Shown here in pieces: positions 26,400-39,043 of a DNA stretch of 64,000 nt. Origin of the DNA: Takakia lepidozioides (Eukaryota; Plantae; Bryophyta). Location: assembly GCA_030704615.1 (NCBI GenBank), contig CM060734.1, forward strand, positions 28,024,001-28,088,000, written 5' to 3'. How positions within the stretch are numbered: position 1 is the first letter of the stretch; the number at the start of each line of letters is the position of its first letter. The position numbers were made by a program, and so were the translations under genes. A model generated the notes under the pieces. That model worked only from the letters and a program-made list of their open reading frames with translations, did not search any database and was not told the origin of the DNA.

Positions 26400-29344
26400 G
26401 AACTAAGCCTGTGTTATTGTATTAGAAGAAGCCCCAGCCTGTAATTTCCTATGCATACACAGGAAAAGTGAAAGCTTTATATGCAATGGTGACTGTAGGA
26501 GACTTCCAGGTCTTAGGACAAGTAGACACAGGGGCAATGCTCTCTGTGATATCAGCAAGCACAGTGAGGGACCTTGGTCTGAGGATTGTGGAATCCCAGG
26601 TGAATCATAGACCCCTACACTTGTCATCGATGTCAACTAAAAACCTCAAAAGCGAGAGAGAAAGACATAAAACAAAATGAACCCTAATCACCAAAAGCAC
26701 CTTGAGCGATTGGGGAAGAGAACTGGCTTATCTTCTTTAGGCGGGCGACCGCGAATATGGTCGCCCATTGCCATTCGTAAACGGACGACCGCCACTTCCT
26801 GCGACTCGCAACCACCCATTATCTTCTTTAGACGGGCGACCATTTAGACAGTCGCCCATTGTCATGCTTAAAAACTTGGCGATGCCAACGGCTGTCGCCC
26901 GTTGTGAAGGTGAAGCTGGAACACGTTGTGAGGGTGATGCGTAGTTCTCATTCGCTGCGTACGCCTTTGTAAAGGTATGACCCGAAATCCGTTGCCCAGT
27001 ATTTTGTTTCGGTGGGCGATTGCTAAATCGGCCGCCCATGGCCGGTGCGATGCAAGCTCAAGACATGGAGTCAATCATCCTAAAATGGCGGAGGGTGAGG
27101 ATTCCACACTAACAGAGACCAACAGATCAACAGAGATTGGGGGCTATAGGGCACAAAGATTGTGTGTGTTTGAGGCACTATTATGCAAGAGGTATTTCAT
27201 ATTTTCGAAGACAACATCATGCCCTTGATGCGAGAATATCAGTTATCCATGGTTTCTGGATCGACAACTGTCTTAGTCTTGCCCCCGATACACTTCTCAT
27301 TTCAAGCCTTGCGTTTGACACTATAGATAGTTCAGATTTGTGCCCGAGGGGGTGTAGGAGGTAGTGTGCCGACGCAAAATGGTTGTAACTACCTTAGACA
27401 TCTATTGTGGGGGAGCTGATGAATTGTTTGTCTTTCATCGTGGTGAACACTGACACTTACCATATGCTTCTGGGATTAGACTTCTTGAAGAAGTTCGGGG
27501 CTGTGGTGGACACTGAGGCAGAAACAATTCGGATACGCTATGGACGTGGCCCATTTTCCCTTGCATACAATCAATCAGCTACAGTCAGTAAAAGAGGAGG
27601 TGGAAGGAGAAATGCAGGATTGTGATGACACATTCTGGACAGATCATGAAGATGGTACAAGTGGGGGGGTAATGACCCTGACATTGGCCCACCAACACTT
27701 GGAATTATGGGAGGAAGAGGAGGAAGTTGATGAGGACTTCATGGACTCCTCGGAGGATTTTATGGAGGAGAATGATTCTGAGCCTGACACTAAGGAAGAG
27801 ACCGAAGAGAAAGCACTTGAAATGGAGATATACTCTGACCTTAGTGACATGGAAGGGATCATAGATGAAGTGAACTCGGGAGCAGATCTGTTTGAGGACC
27901 AAGGCATGGTAGAACTTCTGCAGGAGGAAGCCTATCGCAACATGGCCTCAGCAATCATTCAAGACGCTTATCAGAAAGCTTGGAATGGGGAACTTGGCAA
28001 CAACAACGTAGAAATTGAAGATGATTTTCATGATTGGAGCCAGACAGTTCTTGCTGAGGAAAGAAGTAACTTGAGAACATATCTTCATAGTGTGGGAAGG
28101 GAACAGGAAGAGTTAAGCTTGGCAGAGCAAGAGGAGATGCGGTGGACAAGCCTCAGAACCAAGATAAGGTAAATCCAGACCTGTCAAGCCAACGAAAGGA
28201 TCAGTTGGAGGTGGAGCTGAGAGACCACCAGGATTGCTTTGCATAAAGTAAGGCAGACCTGCAATTCTGTCATCAGGTTGAACATGTCATAGACACCCAA
28301 GGATTCCCTCCTTGTCGCAGTCGTGCTAGCATATTATCAGAGTGGGAAGAAAATGAAGTGCAAAAACAAATACAAACGTTGATTTCCCAAGGCAAGATGA
28401 GGGAGAGCAAATCTGAATGGTCTTGCCCTGTCACACTACCACCAAAGAAGGACGGTTCAAAGAGGTTTTGTGGGGACTTCAGACCTGTCAACAGGCTCAC
28501 AAGGAGAGATTCTTATCCCATGCCACTAATCCAGGATGTGTTGAACCAATTAGGGAAGGCCACATGGTTTTCAGCGCTGGATTTATAGAGTGGGTTCTGG
28601 AAAATTAAGATGGACCCCAATGATGTGAGCAAAACCGCCGTGATCACCAAGAATGGCCTATTCAAGTGGCTGGTTATGCCATTTGGACTGAAAAATGCCA
28701 CAACGACCTTTCAAAGGGCCATGAATACGATCCTTGCTGAAGAGATTAGGGACTGCGCCAAGGTGTTTGTTGATGATGTCAACATCCATAGCCTTGACTG
28801 GGAATCCCACCTCAATCACATCAAATGGGTACTAAGGAAGCTGCGGGGGTCAAACCTACGTCTGAATCCAGACAAGTGCACCTTTGGCAATAAGGAACTT
28901 GTGTTCCTTGGGCATGTGGTTTCTGGAGAAGGGGTTAAGCCAGATCCAGATAAGGTGGCTGCCATCGAAAGGTTCCCTTTGCCAAAGAATCCCACAGCCG
29001 TAAAGGTATACCTGGGAATGACCAACTACTATAGGATCTATGTGAAGGGTTATGCAGGGGTTGTTGTCCCTCTATTTAATCTTACCAAGAAGGACCTGAA
29101 GTTTCACTGGGGGGCTGAGGCGCAGAATGCCTTTGAAGGTCTTCAAGTAAAACTCATCATTGCCCCCATTCTAGCTAGACCAGATTTCTCTAGGCCCTTC
29201 GTGCTAGATGTAGACTAGTCCATAAAAGGGGTAGGTGCTATTCTTTCTCAGAAGGAATACAAAAGGGAAAGAGTGATTGCGTACGCCAGCAAAGTGCTCT
29301 CGGAGGCTCAACGAAAGTATCACCCAATGGAAGGTGAGTGCTAT
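26400..29344 (+). pseudogene. pol: Ty3/Gypsy pol fragment: aspartic protease (interrupted), acidic spacer, RT, start of RNase H
   Basis: QVDTGAMLSVIS; LLGLDFL; FCGDFRPVN; MPFGLKNA; FVDDV; AYASK..YHPMEGECY, cut by CACTAC at 29345. Confidence 0.9.
26615..27366. mobile_element. Probable CACTA-type non-coding fragment within the protease
   Basis: Interrupts the protease frame, has GGCGA...TCGCC inverted motifs and ends in GTAGTG; left end not resolved. Confidence 0.35.
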
Positions 29345-29389
29345 CACTACAGCAAATGGGGGGGTGGGGGGGGGGGGGGGGGGGGGGGG

Positions 29390-29950
29390 ACGACGAAGCC
29401 GCGCCCCCACGCCCGCGGGCGCCAACTCCGCCGGTGTTTTGCGACGCCGCGCCGTCGCAGCCAAACCCGCGGGTCGCCACCTGGCGCCGGGGCCAGGCGG
29501 CGATGCCTGGCCGTCGCACGGGTTGATGAAGGGCAAAAGGCAGCCCTTCCGTGCGACACCCAAGCGTCGCCCCCCAGCGAAGGGCAGAAGGCAACATTTC
29601 TGGCGACGGCCGATCGTCGCACGCCAAAAAAAAAAAACCCTGTCTTGCCCTTTATTTCATTGCAGCCCTTTCTTGCGACGCCAGGCCGTCGCATGGTGGC
29701 ATGAAGGGCAAAAGGCCCCTGCGACGGCCGGGCGTCGCGAACTGCCTGGCTGCCTTATTCTTGCAAAACAAAAAAACAGGTCACAGTTTGCGACGGCTGG
29801 CCGTTGCCGCTTTGCGACCCCGGCCTCATAAATCCATTCAAAAAACAGGTCGCAGTTGGCGACGGTTGGCCGTCGCCATTTGCAACCCCCAACCTCATAA
29901 ATCCTAAAAATCGCGTCGCAGGTGGTGACGCGTGGGGTCGCAGGCAGCGA
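29390..29950. repeat. CACTA subterminal inverted repeats (GCGACGNCCNGGCGTCGC-like, ~10 units)
   Basis: e.g. GCGACGGCCGGGCGTCGC at 29721 and GCGACGCCAGGCCGTCGC at 29675. Confidence 0.75.
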
Positions 29951-30278
29951 TGGCAGGGCTTTCTAGTTAGGTTTAGGGCCTTTGGGGGTTCTTAGTTTTT
30001 TTTTTTTTTTTTTTTTTTTTTTCATATGGTACTGGGTAGGGTGTTTGTTTTCTTATGGTTTAGCTTGTTATTGTGGACCTTCTTGTAGATTGTGACATTC
30101 ATTTTGATAATTCTCTTGATACCACATCTGTATGTATTGCTCCAACATATTCATTGCCTCTGCCTTCTTTCTTGAAAGACTACGAGCCACAGCCATATTT
30201 GATCAATCATAGAAATAACACATATATGCATGTACATGTACAATCAATCGAAGGATGGTCCAGTTCGGTGCGAGATTG

Positions 30279-32314
30279 TTATGTAGCTTTGATTTTGTGT
30301 CTAATCAACTTGAACATCATCATCCGGAGCTTCTTCATCCTCATCAAGCTGCAAGTCTTCTTGGTCATCGGAGTCATCGTCATAAATGGCCCGGCCCTCA
30401 AAAGCACCTCCGAATCATCCTCCACCTCGTTGTCAATGGCCGTGTCTTCGTCTCTTTCTCCAACATCCGTATCTTCTAGAGCTTCATCATATAGGGTCCA
30501 GGATGCATTGTCCGGGGCGTCATCATCCTCTTCTACCCCCTCTACCCAACCTCCATAATCAGCATCATTATGACCAGTCTCTCTGTCTACTGCAATTGCC
30601 TCACCCCATAGAGATCCGAGACCATGATAGATATGTCTTCCTCTTGGCTGAGCATGCACAACCACCTTCCAATTCCTCCCTTTGTTTGTCATCGGAGAAG
30701 AAAACTCCATGTCTGAAGGCCGTGAAAAAGGCTCATCGGAGGGACGATGAGTAGGGTTGAGCCTATCTGCATTGACGCGCATGAAACCACAATCATCTTG
30801 CACTAGTGTTGCGGATGGCCCCACAAGATGTGGCTAGAACCACCTTCCCTTGAAGAGAAGAGGCATGTACCTTATATACTGAAGTTGGAGTATGCTCTCA
30901 AGTTTGCTTATAGCACGTCGTGTATCTCCCTTGCCCCACACGAAGTCTTGCCAATATGTGGCACACAAGCCAGAATCAAAGGTTGTTTTGCGCTTCATAT
31001 CAAGAACACGAATGCGGAAATGACGACCGTGAACCCAAACCGCCGTGTATGAGGTCGCGAATTGAGAGGAGCCCCTTGCAATGTCTTGCACCAAATCTGA
31101 AACGACCTCTCCTTGAGCAATGACGTAATAAACTGAAGTCCGAAGCCACTGTTGGAATGAACTTAGAGGCTGCAATTCCATGGGCAAATTTTATGAAGGA
31201 ACATTCCGGCGGCCCGCTCCTCGTCGTGGGCGTCTAGTAACCGGCCTTGGATGGTTCCGCCTCCATGCAATCGTCTCCTCCTCTCGTTGCTGAACAAGAT
31301 TATTGTATCTTGCCTCCCACTCATGGATGGGGTGTTCTTCAGTATGAAGTCATGCGCTTCCTCAATCACCAAGGTCGGCAATTTTACCAATGTCCTTGTT
31401 CGTGCATCCTCCTCTTCCTTCCATATCCAAGGGGCTTCCTCATCCACCCTTGCCATGTACTCCGTGCAATAGAACATAGCTTCTTGCAACGTATACCCCT
31501 CTGCCATGCTACCCTCCGCCATTGTCTTACAAATCCTTTCAAAGTCTTCATATAATGCTCAAGAAGTACATCCACCGAGAATGAACGGGGCCGACAATCG
31601 AAGTCTCTTCCACTAAGTGCACTACCAAGTGCACTTGGATGTCAAAGAAGGAGGGCGGAAGGTGCATCTCCAACATACACATTACCTCCGCCGCCTCCTT
31701 CTTCATGCGTGGAAAATCTGCTTCTTCCAACTCTTTGGAGCAAATCCACCGGAACAAGCCTCCCAATCTATAGATTGTCTCACGAACCTCGGGAGTCAAT
31801 GTCCCACGTACTGCAATGGGCAAGATGTCTTGCAATAGATTGTGGTAGTCATGAGACTTCAAACCATGGATAATCATGCATTGTCCAAAGCAAGATGTCT
31901 CTCATCTGAAAAGATTGTGCCATAGGGTCAAGTGAAGCATCCAATGCCGGGACCCCCCTCCATAGCTCCTTAAGTTCATCAACAAGAGGTCGCAAGTACG
32001 TGTCCATGTTTGCCACTTGTTTTTTCCCTATGAGACATTCACATCATTGTTTTAATGCTCCACCAATATGCAAATTATACTACAAAATGAATTATACGTC
32101 TTACTCCATGATTATGTCACTCATCAATCTTGCATCCGAATTGCGTCAGAGATCAGAAGTTTAATGTAAAGTCTAAGGCAATAATAAACATGAAATGAGT
32201 ACACTCACCTGATACAATGGCAGCCAACATGATATGGCCTTTTTTAATTGAAAGATACGGAGGGATGTTATAATTCACCATGGTCACCGGCCAAGTGGAA
32301 TGACTACATGACTG
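30279..32314 (-). pseudogene. CACTA Tnp2/TnpD transposase, C-terminal part (end of Transposase_21, DUF4218-like, DUF4216-like)
   Basis: STWPVTMVNYNIPP; GLKSHDYH; PPSFFDIQVHLVVHL...GPVHSRWMY; EGSMAEGY; DEPF. Confidence 0.9.
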
Positions 32315-33191
32315 GACAGAGAGGTTTACTATTTCATGAGCAGAAACCACGAGCCATGAGCCATGAGCCGCATGAGCCGCATGAGCGGTGAGCCGAAGTC
32401 TAAGACACGCGGATTTCATGAGCAGACTCCTCCAAATTTGGAAATGCGGCAGATTAAACAAGTATTAAAATAATAGTTTTATATTTGACCTTGCCGTTTT
32501 TGGAAGTTACAGATCCTATAATGCGGCGAAGATATGTCGTCAGTAACAACTCCGCTCATGGTTTTTTAGATCCGCTCATGGAAATGAGTGACCGTGCAAT
32601 GAGAAATCCAGTATACCACGGCAAAAGGACGTCGCATACTGGCCTGTATAGAGTATTCCGCGGTTTTACATGCCTTAACATTGGAATGAAGCTGACCCTT
32701 TAACGCCCTCGGCAGCCAACCCTTAAATCGTGGAATGCCCTTGGGCAGTACTGAACCAATAGAGTCTGCACAATTCTATCATCTTCCAGTATTCGGCGGG
32801 AAAGTTTTGCAAGTGAACTAGGAAATGCGGTGCCACATTAGGGTTCGCACGTGCGAAATTTCTCGGCGGTTTGGTGTTGCTGACTGCCGCATCTACCAGT
32901 ACCTACGACGTTACTTGGAAATGCGGCGCCGCATTTCCTTGCCAGGGGTCGAATGAGGAAAGCAAAGTTTGGGAGAGCTGAAAAACATGAACCCTCCAAC
33001 ACACAAAAATACATGCACGTGGAAACACGAGTGAATGACATAGTATTATCGACGTTCGAGCAAAACAGGTTACTGGTAGGCAAGACATAAGTCGGACCTT
33101 TCTGTGGCCAGAGTCAGAGCTACTTGCAGCAGTACAGTTCTACTATCCGAAAAGGATGGGCGTACCATTGTGTTGGGACCGCAAGCCAAGG

Positions 33192-36100
33192 TCACTGGTC
33201 CCCTGGATCCATATTCAGAAGAGTGTGCACCTCTTGGGGGCTCAACCCTGGTGCATGTATGAAGTGATGAGTTGTGGAATTACACCGGAGTCTCTTTAGG
33301 TACACGTAGTACAGATGCTTGCAAAGGCAGTATGATGCCCCCTTGTTTGCCATGATCTGAAAGTCGGTGCAATTGCAGGTGGGTAATTCTGAAATGGTGA
33401 TGGTGTACACCTCATTGCGAACAGCTGAACCTGCCGTGGCCATCTGATACACACGCTCGAAGCCTGGTGGGGGCACTTCTGTCGAGCTCTGGATTGTACA
33501 GTTCATCCGAAGTGCATTCCCCATCCTCGTCTCATTCACTTTTGAGGGAGGTCGCCGCCTCTTCGGTTTCCCCAACGGTGTGTAGGATGCTTAGAGCTGT
33601 CGGGTCCCATTGTTCTTGCTCTCACATGGGTCGGTGGTGGAGGCTGTGGAAGCGGAAATGGTTGTCTGGGGGCGTTAGTGCGCTGCACCATCCGAAATCC
33701 TGCGGCGGTAAGGGCGTCGGCCTCAACCTGACTCAGATTGCAGCCTGGTTCCACCGGCCACACCGGGGGAGCCTCTGGCATTGTTTGTATGCCGTACTTG
33801 GGCTTTCCATACACGCAAATCATAATGTCGTGCCTGGAGAACCAGAACTGGGTGGTTGTCGCCTCCGCAAACTTTGCATGGACAAATCTTCCTATAAAAG
33901 TAGGAGCAGGGACAGCACCATCTGGATTCCTCCTTATCATCTCTAACAACGTTGCCGTGTATCCACTCGAATTGCGGAACACCTGCCTCAAACAACGGCT
34001 TTGTGCGAGCAATTCTCCACTGTGACGCAGACACAGTCGTCTCCACAATGGCTTGGCCATACTGCATAACAGCGGGCGGAATCTGGGGCAAGCGAGCCGT
34101 GGGAATTTCTCGCACGGAATCCCCGCTTGAAGGCGATGGCGATCTAGAATTTCTTGGGCTTCCACTGCTGGAAGACACATTGTGCGGCAACATGACGGGC
34201 CCTGGAGGTGCTGTCCGAATGTTCCTGTCGGATCTCCAGGAATCCTCTTCGCACCCGGTTTCCTCTTCAATCCTCCGCCTCACAGGGCGAGTACGGACGT
34301 CCCCCTCTAGGTGTTCACCTCTGCGGTGCAGAGGCGTCCCTTTGATCTTCTCTCGCAATGCTGTCGCCCATTTCAGTGGATTCTTCGACCTCGAAGCTGT
34401 TCGCACCAACAATTCTCCCTGTCCGGCCAAAGCCCCATTGATTCCCGCTCAGGAACTTGTAGTACGTGGCTTGCTGCATGATTGCTCTGTCGATGTCCTC
34501 CGTTGTGGCCGTCACTACGTCCGCCAGATGTGCGGCAGAAGACGCTCGCCAGGAGGAGTGCACTGATTCTGCCATATTCATGTTCGGCATGTCCATGTCG
34601 GAATCCAAACACCGCTCCTACAAGGACACAAACAATGATGAGGAACCAATGGAAAGGTCCGTAATAGAAAGACAATTGCACGAAAATGACAGCATCATAC
34701 CTCCCGCATGTACTGTCCGAACTGTCGATACCGGAAATGCCACCACCCCAACCAGCTGTGCAAGGCTCCCAGATTGGTTGTCTCCACTGCACCTGACGTG
34801 TTCCACCAAGCCTCGATGATAGCAAACTTAACCTCCGCGTCATCAAATGTGGGTGCATCCTTCCACGCCGTACAAAGGACACGGTGTTCAGCCTGGAATG
34901 AGCTAGCAACAATTTTGGTAGTGTAGTGGGATAGACTCTGCATCCAATGGAATCCACAGGATCTCTCTTTCCCCTCCATTGGAACATTGGGGTCCTCACC
35001 GTACACACGCGCACCGCTGCCCTGTTGGCCTGAGCGTTGTCTGCCTGAATCCCCTGAAATTGGGCTCTGGCAATCCCGCCCTTGCCATCTGCTCGTTTAT
35101 GCCCTCCCACAGATGCATCTCCGACTGTGTGTCCTCCCCTTTCATCTCGCAGATTGCAATCGTCATGAGCCTCTTGGAGTGATAGTCATAAACATGCGCA
35201 CCCATAGTCACCCACTGATGGTTTGTAATTCGCTTGATGTGATCAAACATCACCCAAGCATTCGACAGGTTTCCAGTTGTCATGCGAGTGACCAAGTCGA
35301 CCACTCCCAGGCCCACACGTCGACATTTTAAAAATGTAACAACGATCGGATTCGCTGCCTTGCCCTGGAAACCTGCTACCTTGGATGTAGTCATATCCAG
35401 TCATTCGTTTCACCTCCAGGATTGATGCATGTCCGACCCCCGGCCGAACTCCTGCTTGCAAGATACGATGTGATTCCGCACATTCGGACTACAAACGTGC
35501 GAGACGGACTCCAACAGGTCAAACATCTCCTTTTTCGTTCAAGGGCACTCGGTCTGAACCATCTTCAGACATGATTTTTCCAAGAGCAATCTTGTGGGCT
35601 GCCTTCAGCTGAATCTGCTTTGGTCTTGCTCCGGGGCTCAATTTCACCTCCTCTTTTATGATGTCGTGTGCTTCCTGCACAGCCTCACGCATGTTGCCTC
35701 TTGCCAAGGGGTGGCAGTGGACCCCAACGTGTATGCAAGCTCTAGTCAAGTCCGGGAGCAAATGGATAACGTAATATTGCTTGGCTCTGCACATGGACAT
35801 GCACGTCGGTGGTTCTTTGCAATGTGCGCACTTGAAAGTACCCGCAGGAGCTTGGCTGGAGACAATGAATGGATGATGCATTGTGCCAGTCCAATCCGTC
35901 TCGTTTCTCCGCCCTCCTTTGAAAGAAAAGTGGAAGCAGGCGGGATTCAGGCACCTCAGCTTCCCCGCACAGAGGACGTATCGTACACGAACCATCAGCA
36001 ATTTTCGTGCTACTGGTCTTCGTCACACACCAGGGGTGTCCGTCATGCTTTCGATCCATGTCTGTTAACATCCCTGAGGCTTTGTTTGAGGAAGTGACAG

Positions 36101-36650
36101 GTGGAAACTCGAAGATGACATTGCCATCGACTTCGGGAGGCAGATACGTTACCTTCCTGACTGGAAATTTGGCATAGTCGAGAGCAGCCAGCTCGGAGCG
36201 AGAACCATCGAGGTGATGTTGCCGTAGGAGCTGCACAATGGACCGGGTTGGAGTTATGCTCGAGAGTACTTGCGTAGCACCTGCAGAGACGTCCATGTCG
36301 GATTTGAACGACCGTGTGGAGGACATGGGGACCTCAATGCACTCATCTTCATCGTCGGAAATGTCGAATACGTCCACACGAGAAGCTATGGAGGGTCTTG
36401 ACGGTCCAGGTCGGGAATGATTATCGTTGCATACCTCTCTGTTGCAGTGGCCGCCTGTCGGTTTCCGGACTCCTTTGTGGATGGTGTGGGCAGCGACTGA
36501 TTCGGAAAGGGAATGGGCATTCCACAGCTCGGTATAGGATGGTGTCTGATGGGGGTACGTGCCCATTCGATTCCGCAACCTCCGTCGTTACCTAGCACGA
36601 CAATGGTCTCGTCAACCTGTCCAGGAACATCCTTCCTTTCTTCTTCCAAG
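33192..36650 (-). pseudogene. Mutator-like DDE transposase with N-terminal Cys/His zinc-binding region and C-terminal SWIM finger (intron ~34610-34700; frameshifts)
   Basis: WVMFDH (D1), ADNAQAN (D2), CGFH (CxxH), NMAESVH (E); SWIM TCNCTDF...CKHLYYVY; N-terminal C-x4-C...HxGxHxHP. Confidence 0.8.
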
Positions 36651-37149
36651 TAAACTGTGCCCGGTTTGAGCTTGAATTAGAACAAAGGTAAGTTTCAGTC
36701 ACTCTGCAAAGTCCTCCCTCGTTTGGGATCCAGGCTCTCCCAAGTTGCGGAGGACAGCAAACTATAGCGTAGGAATTCGGAGCCATCGAACCAACCGAAG
36801 TTGGCAAGTGCGAGGTTCAGTATAGCGACAGACGAAGGCTCACAGGCACCATGCAGTCCATCGACGATTGGAAGTCGCACATTGAAGTGGAAAGTATAGT
36901 TTCAGCTACATGCATGAAGGTGGGAGGTGTGATTCCATAGCCAGTAAGTTAGACAATGATGGCCGATCGGCGACGAAATAACATCTCCTGACAGTTTCTC
37001 CTGAGGGTGGATCCAGCAGTATTCTCGGTACGACAGGAGCGTTCGCACTGACAAGTGCCAGGACTGTTAGTTAAAACGGTCAGACAACCTAGTTGTGCTC
37101 ATCAAGACTGGCCGCAATTCTGTTGTTTCGGAACAATGCAACCATTCAG

Positions 37150-38700
37150 GTTCAACATGCGGAAATGAGGTTTCAGATTTCCGTCCGGAGTGATTCTTTC
37201 GATTGCTGCTGACGGAAATACGGAGCCGCATTTCCGTATTGCGTCTTGGCAGAGCGACGGAAATGCGGCACCGAATTTCCGTCCGGGGGAAACCTTACAC
37301 TCTCCAGACGGAAATGCGGTAACGCATTCCATCCAGCAAGCACGGTATGTGAAGTGGAACGGAAATGCGGTACCGCATTTCCGTTCTGATTGAGAATCAT
37401 GAACAAAGGGAAAGAAATGCGGCCCGCATTTCCGTCCGAGTCGCACGACATTCCATAACGGAAATGCGGCGCCGCGTCCGAGTCGCTTTTCCGACATTCC
37501 AGAACGGAAATGCGGCACGCATTTCCGCTGAGACCTTCAAACTCTCCAGAACGGAAATGCGGTACTGCATTTCCGTTCTGATTGAGAATTATGAACAACG
37601 GGAATAGAAATGCGGCACCGCATTTCCGTCCGAGTGGCACTTTCCGACATTCCAGAACGGAAATGCGGCGCCGCATTTCCGTTTTGTATCTGATGCATGG
37701 AGCCGAGTGCAATTCCGATCGCTGAGACAGCGCAATTCCGACCGCTTCAGACGACTATCCAGAACGGAAATGAGGTACGCATTTCCGTCTGACTGTAAAT
37801 CAACCATCGGACTGAAATGCGGCACACATTTCCATCCAGTCGCAAACAAGCTGAAACGGAAATGCGGCACCGCATTTCCGTTGATGAGAATTTGAGAATG
37901 GAATCCGTTGAATCGTGAAATTCGGAACTGAAATGTGTACAGCATTTCCGTCGGAGTCGCACCTTCGACATTCAAAACGGAAATACGGCGCCGCATTTCC
38001 GTTTTGTATGTGAGGCTAGAGCTTTGGAACGAAAATGCGGCACCGCATTTCCGGTCAGACTTAATACTGACAAAACGGAAATTTTCGTTCTGACTGAAAT
38101 CGTCAGCAGAACAGGCGATCGCACTTCCGACATTCTAGAACGGAAATGCGGCGCCGCATTTTCCGTTTTGTATATGAGGCCTGAGCTGTGGACGGAAATT
38201 CGATGCCGCATTTCCCATGTGAGACCTTCAAACTTTCCAGAGACCGGAAATGCGGCACCGCATTTCCTCTATACTTTCCGAACGGAAATGTGGCACGGCA
38301 TTTCCGTTCATCAACGAAGGTATGTGAAGGGGGAACGGAAATGCGGTACCGCATTTCCGTTCAGATTGAAAATCATGAACCACGGGAACTGAAATGCTGT
38401 GCCGCATTTCCGTCCGGATCGCACGTTTCGACATTCCAGAACGGAAATGCGGCGCCGCATTTCCCTTTTGTATCTCATACATGGAGCTGTGGGACGGAAA
38501 TGCGGCACCGTATTTCCGTTCAACAACTAAGGTATGTGAAGGTGGAACGGAAATGCGGTGCCGCATTTTCTTCCAACAAGCACGGATGTGTAGCTTCGTG
38601 ATGGTACTTAACGGAAATGCGGCGCCGCATTCGCATTTCAACTCCAACTCCAAATTTGAACACGTGGAGCAACGGAATTGCGGCACATGTCTGCACTCTA
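37150..38700. repeat. Dense array of the 22-bp palindrome (roughly 25-30 copies, ~50 bp spacing)
   Basis: Read directly, e.g. 37361 GGAAATGCGGTACCGCATTTCC and 37659 GGAAATGCGGCGCCGCATTTCC. Confidence 0.95.
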
Positions 38701-39043
38701 TCTGACTGAAGTGGCATGAGGCGGCGCGGCCTGACCGTTGGATAATGATGTTTGTTTTTTTCGGACGGCAGGCGTATCCTGAACGATTCGAATTTCGTAA
38801 TGACGCAAAGTCCACGAGGAGACACTTTCCTCAACCCTTTCGAACCCAAGTGCTGCATCACCGCCGTTTCATCTGCTTTTGTCGTGTCTCCTCAGTCACC
38901 TCTCTCGCGCCTTTCCATCTGCACTCTTCGCCCCTTTTCCCTGTCTCTGTTCTTCTTATGCTCGAACCTGAGAGGGAGGGAGTGCGTGCACCAGAGAAGA
39001 GACATCGTCGCAAGCTCCGAAAATTGTACTTCGGACGTAGGCA

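Noticed and set aside
29358-29389. Poly-G runs (also 50770-50798) and poly-T (29996-30022) as functional elements
   Set aside because: Homopolymer lengths are unreliable; poly-Gly/Pro ORFs around 29204-29831 are by-products.
37150-38700. CRISPR array (palindromic repeat with ~30-bp spacers)
   Set aside because: Spacers recur (e.g. GTTCTGATTGAGAAT, CGACATTCCAGAAC), repeats are degenerate, there are no cas genes and the context is eukaryotic.
37102-38861. ORFs with repeated GNAAPHF / EMRRRIS / KCGAAFP peptides (also 2125-3032, 44133-45390)
   Set aside because: Translations of the palindrome in different frames on both strands; not real proteins.
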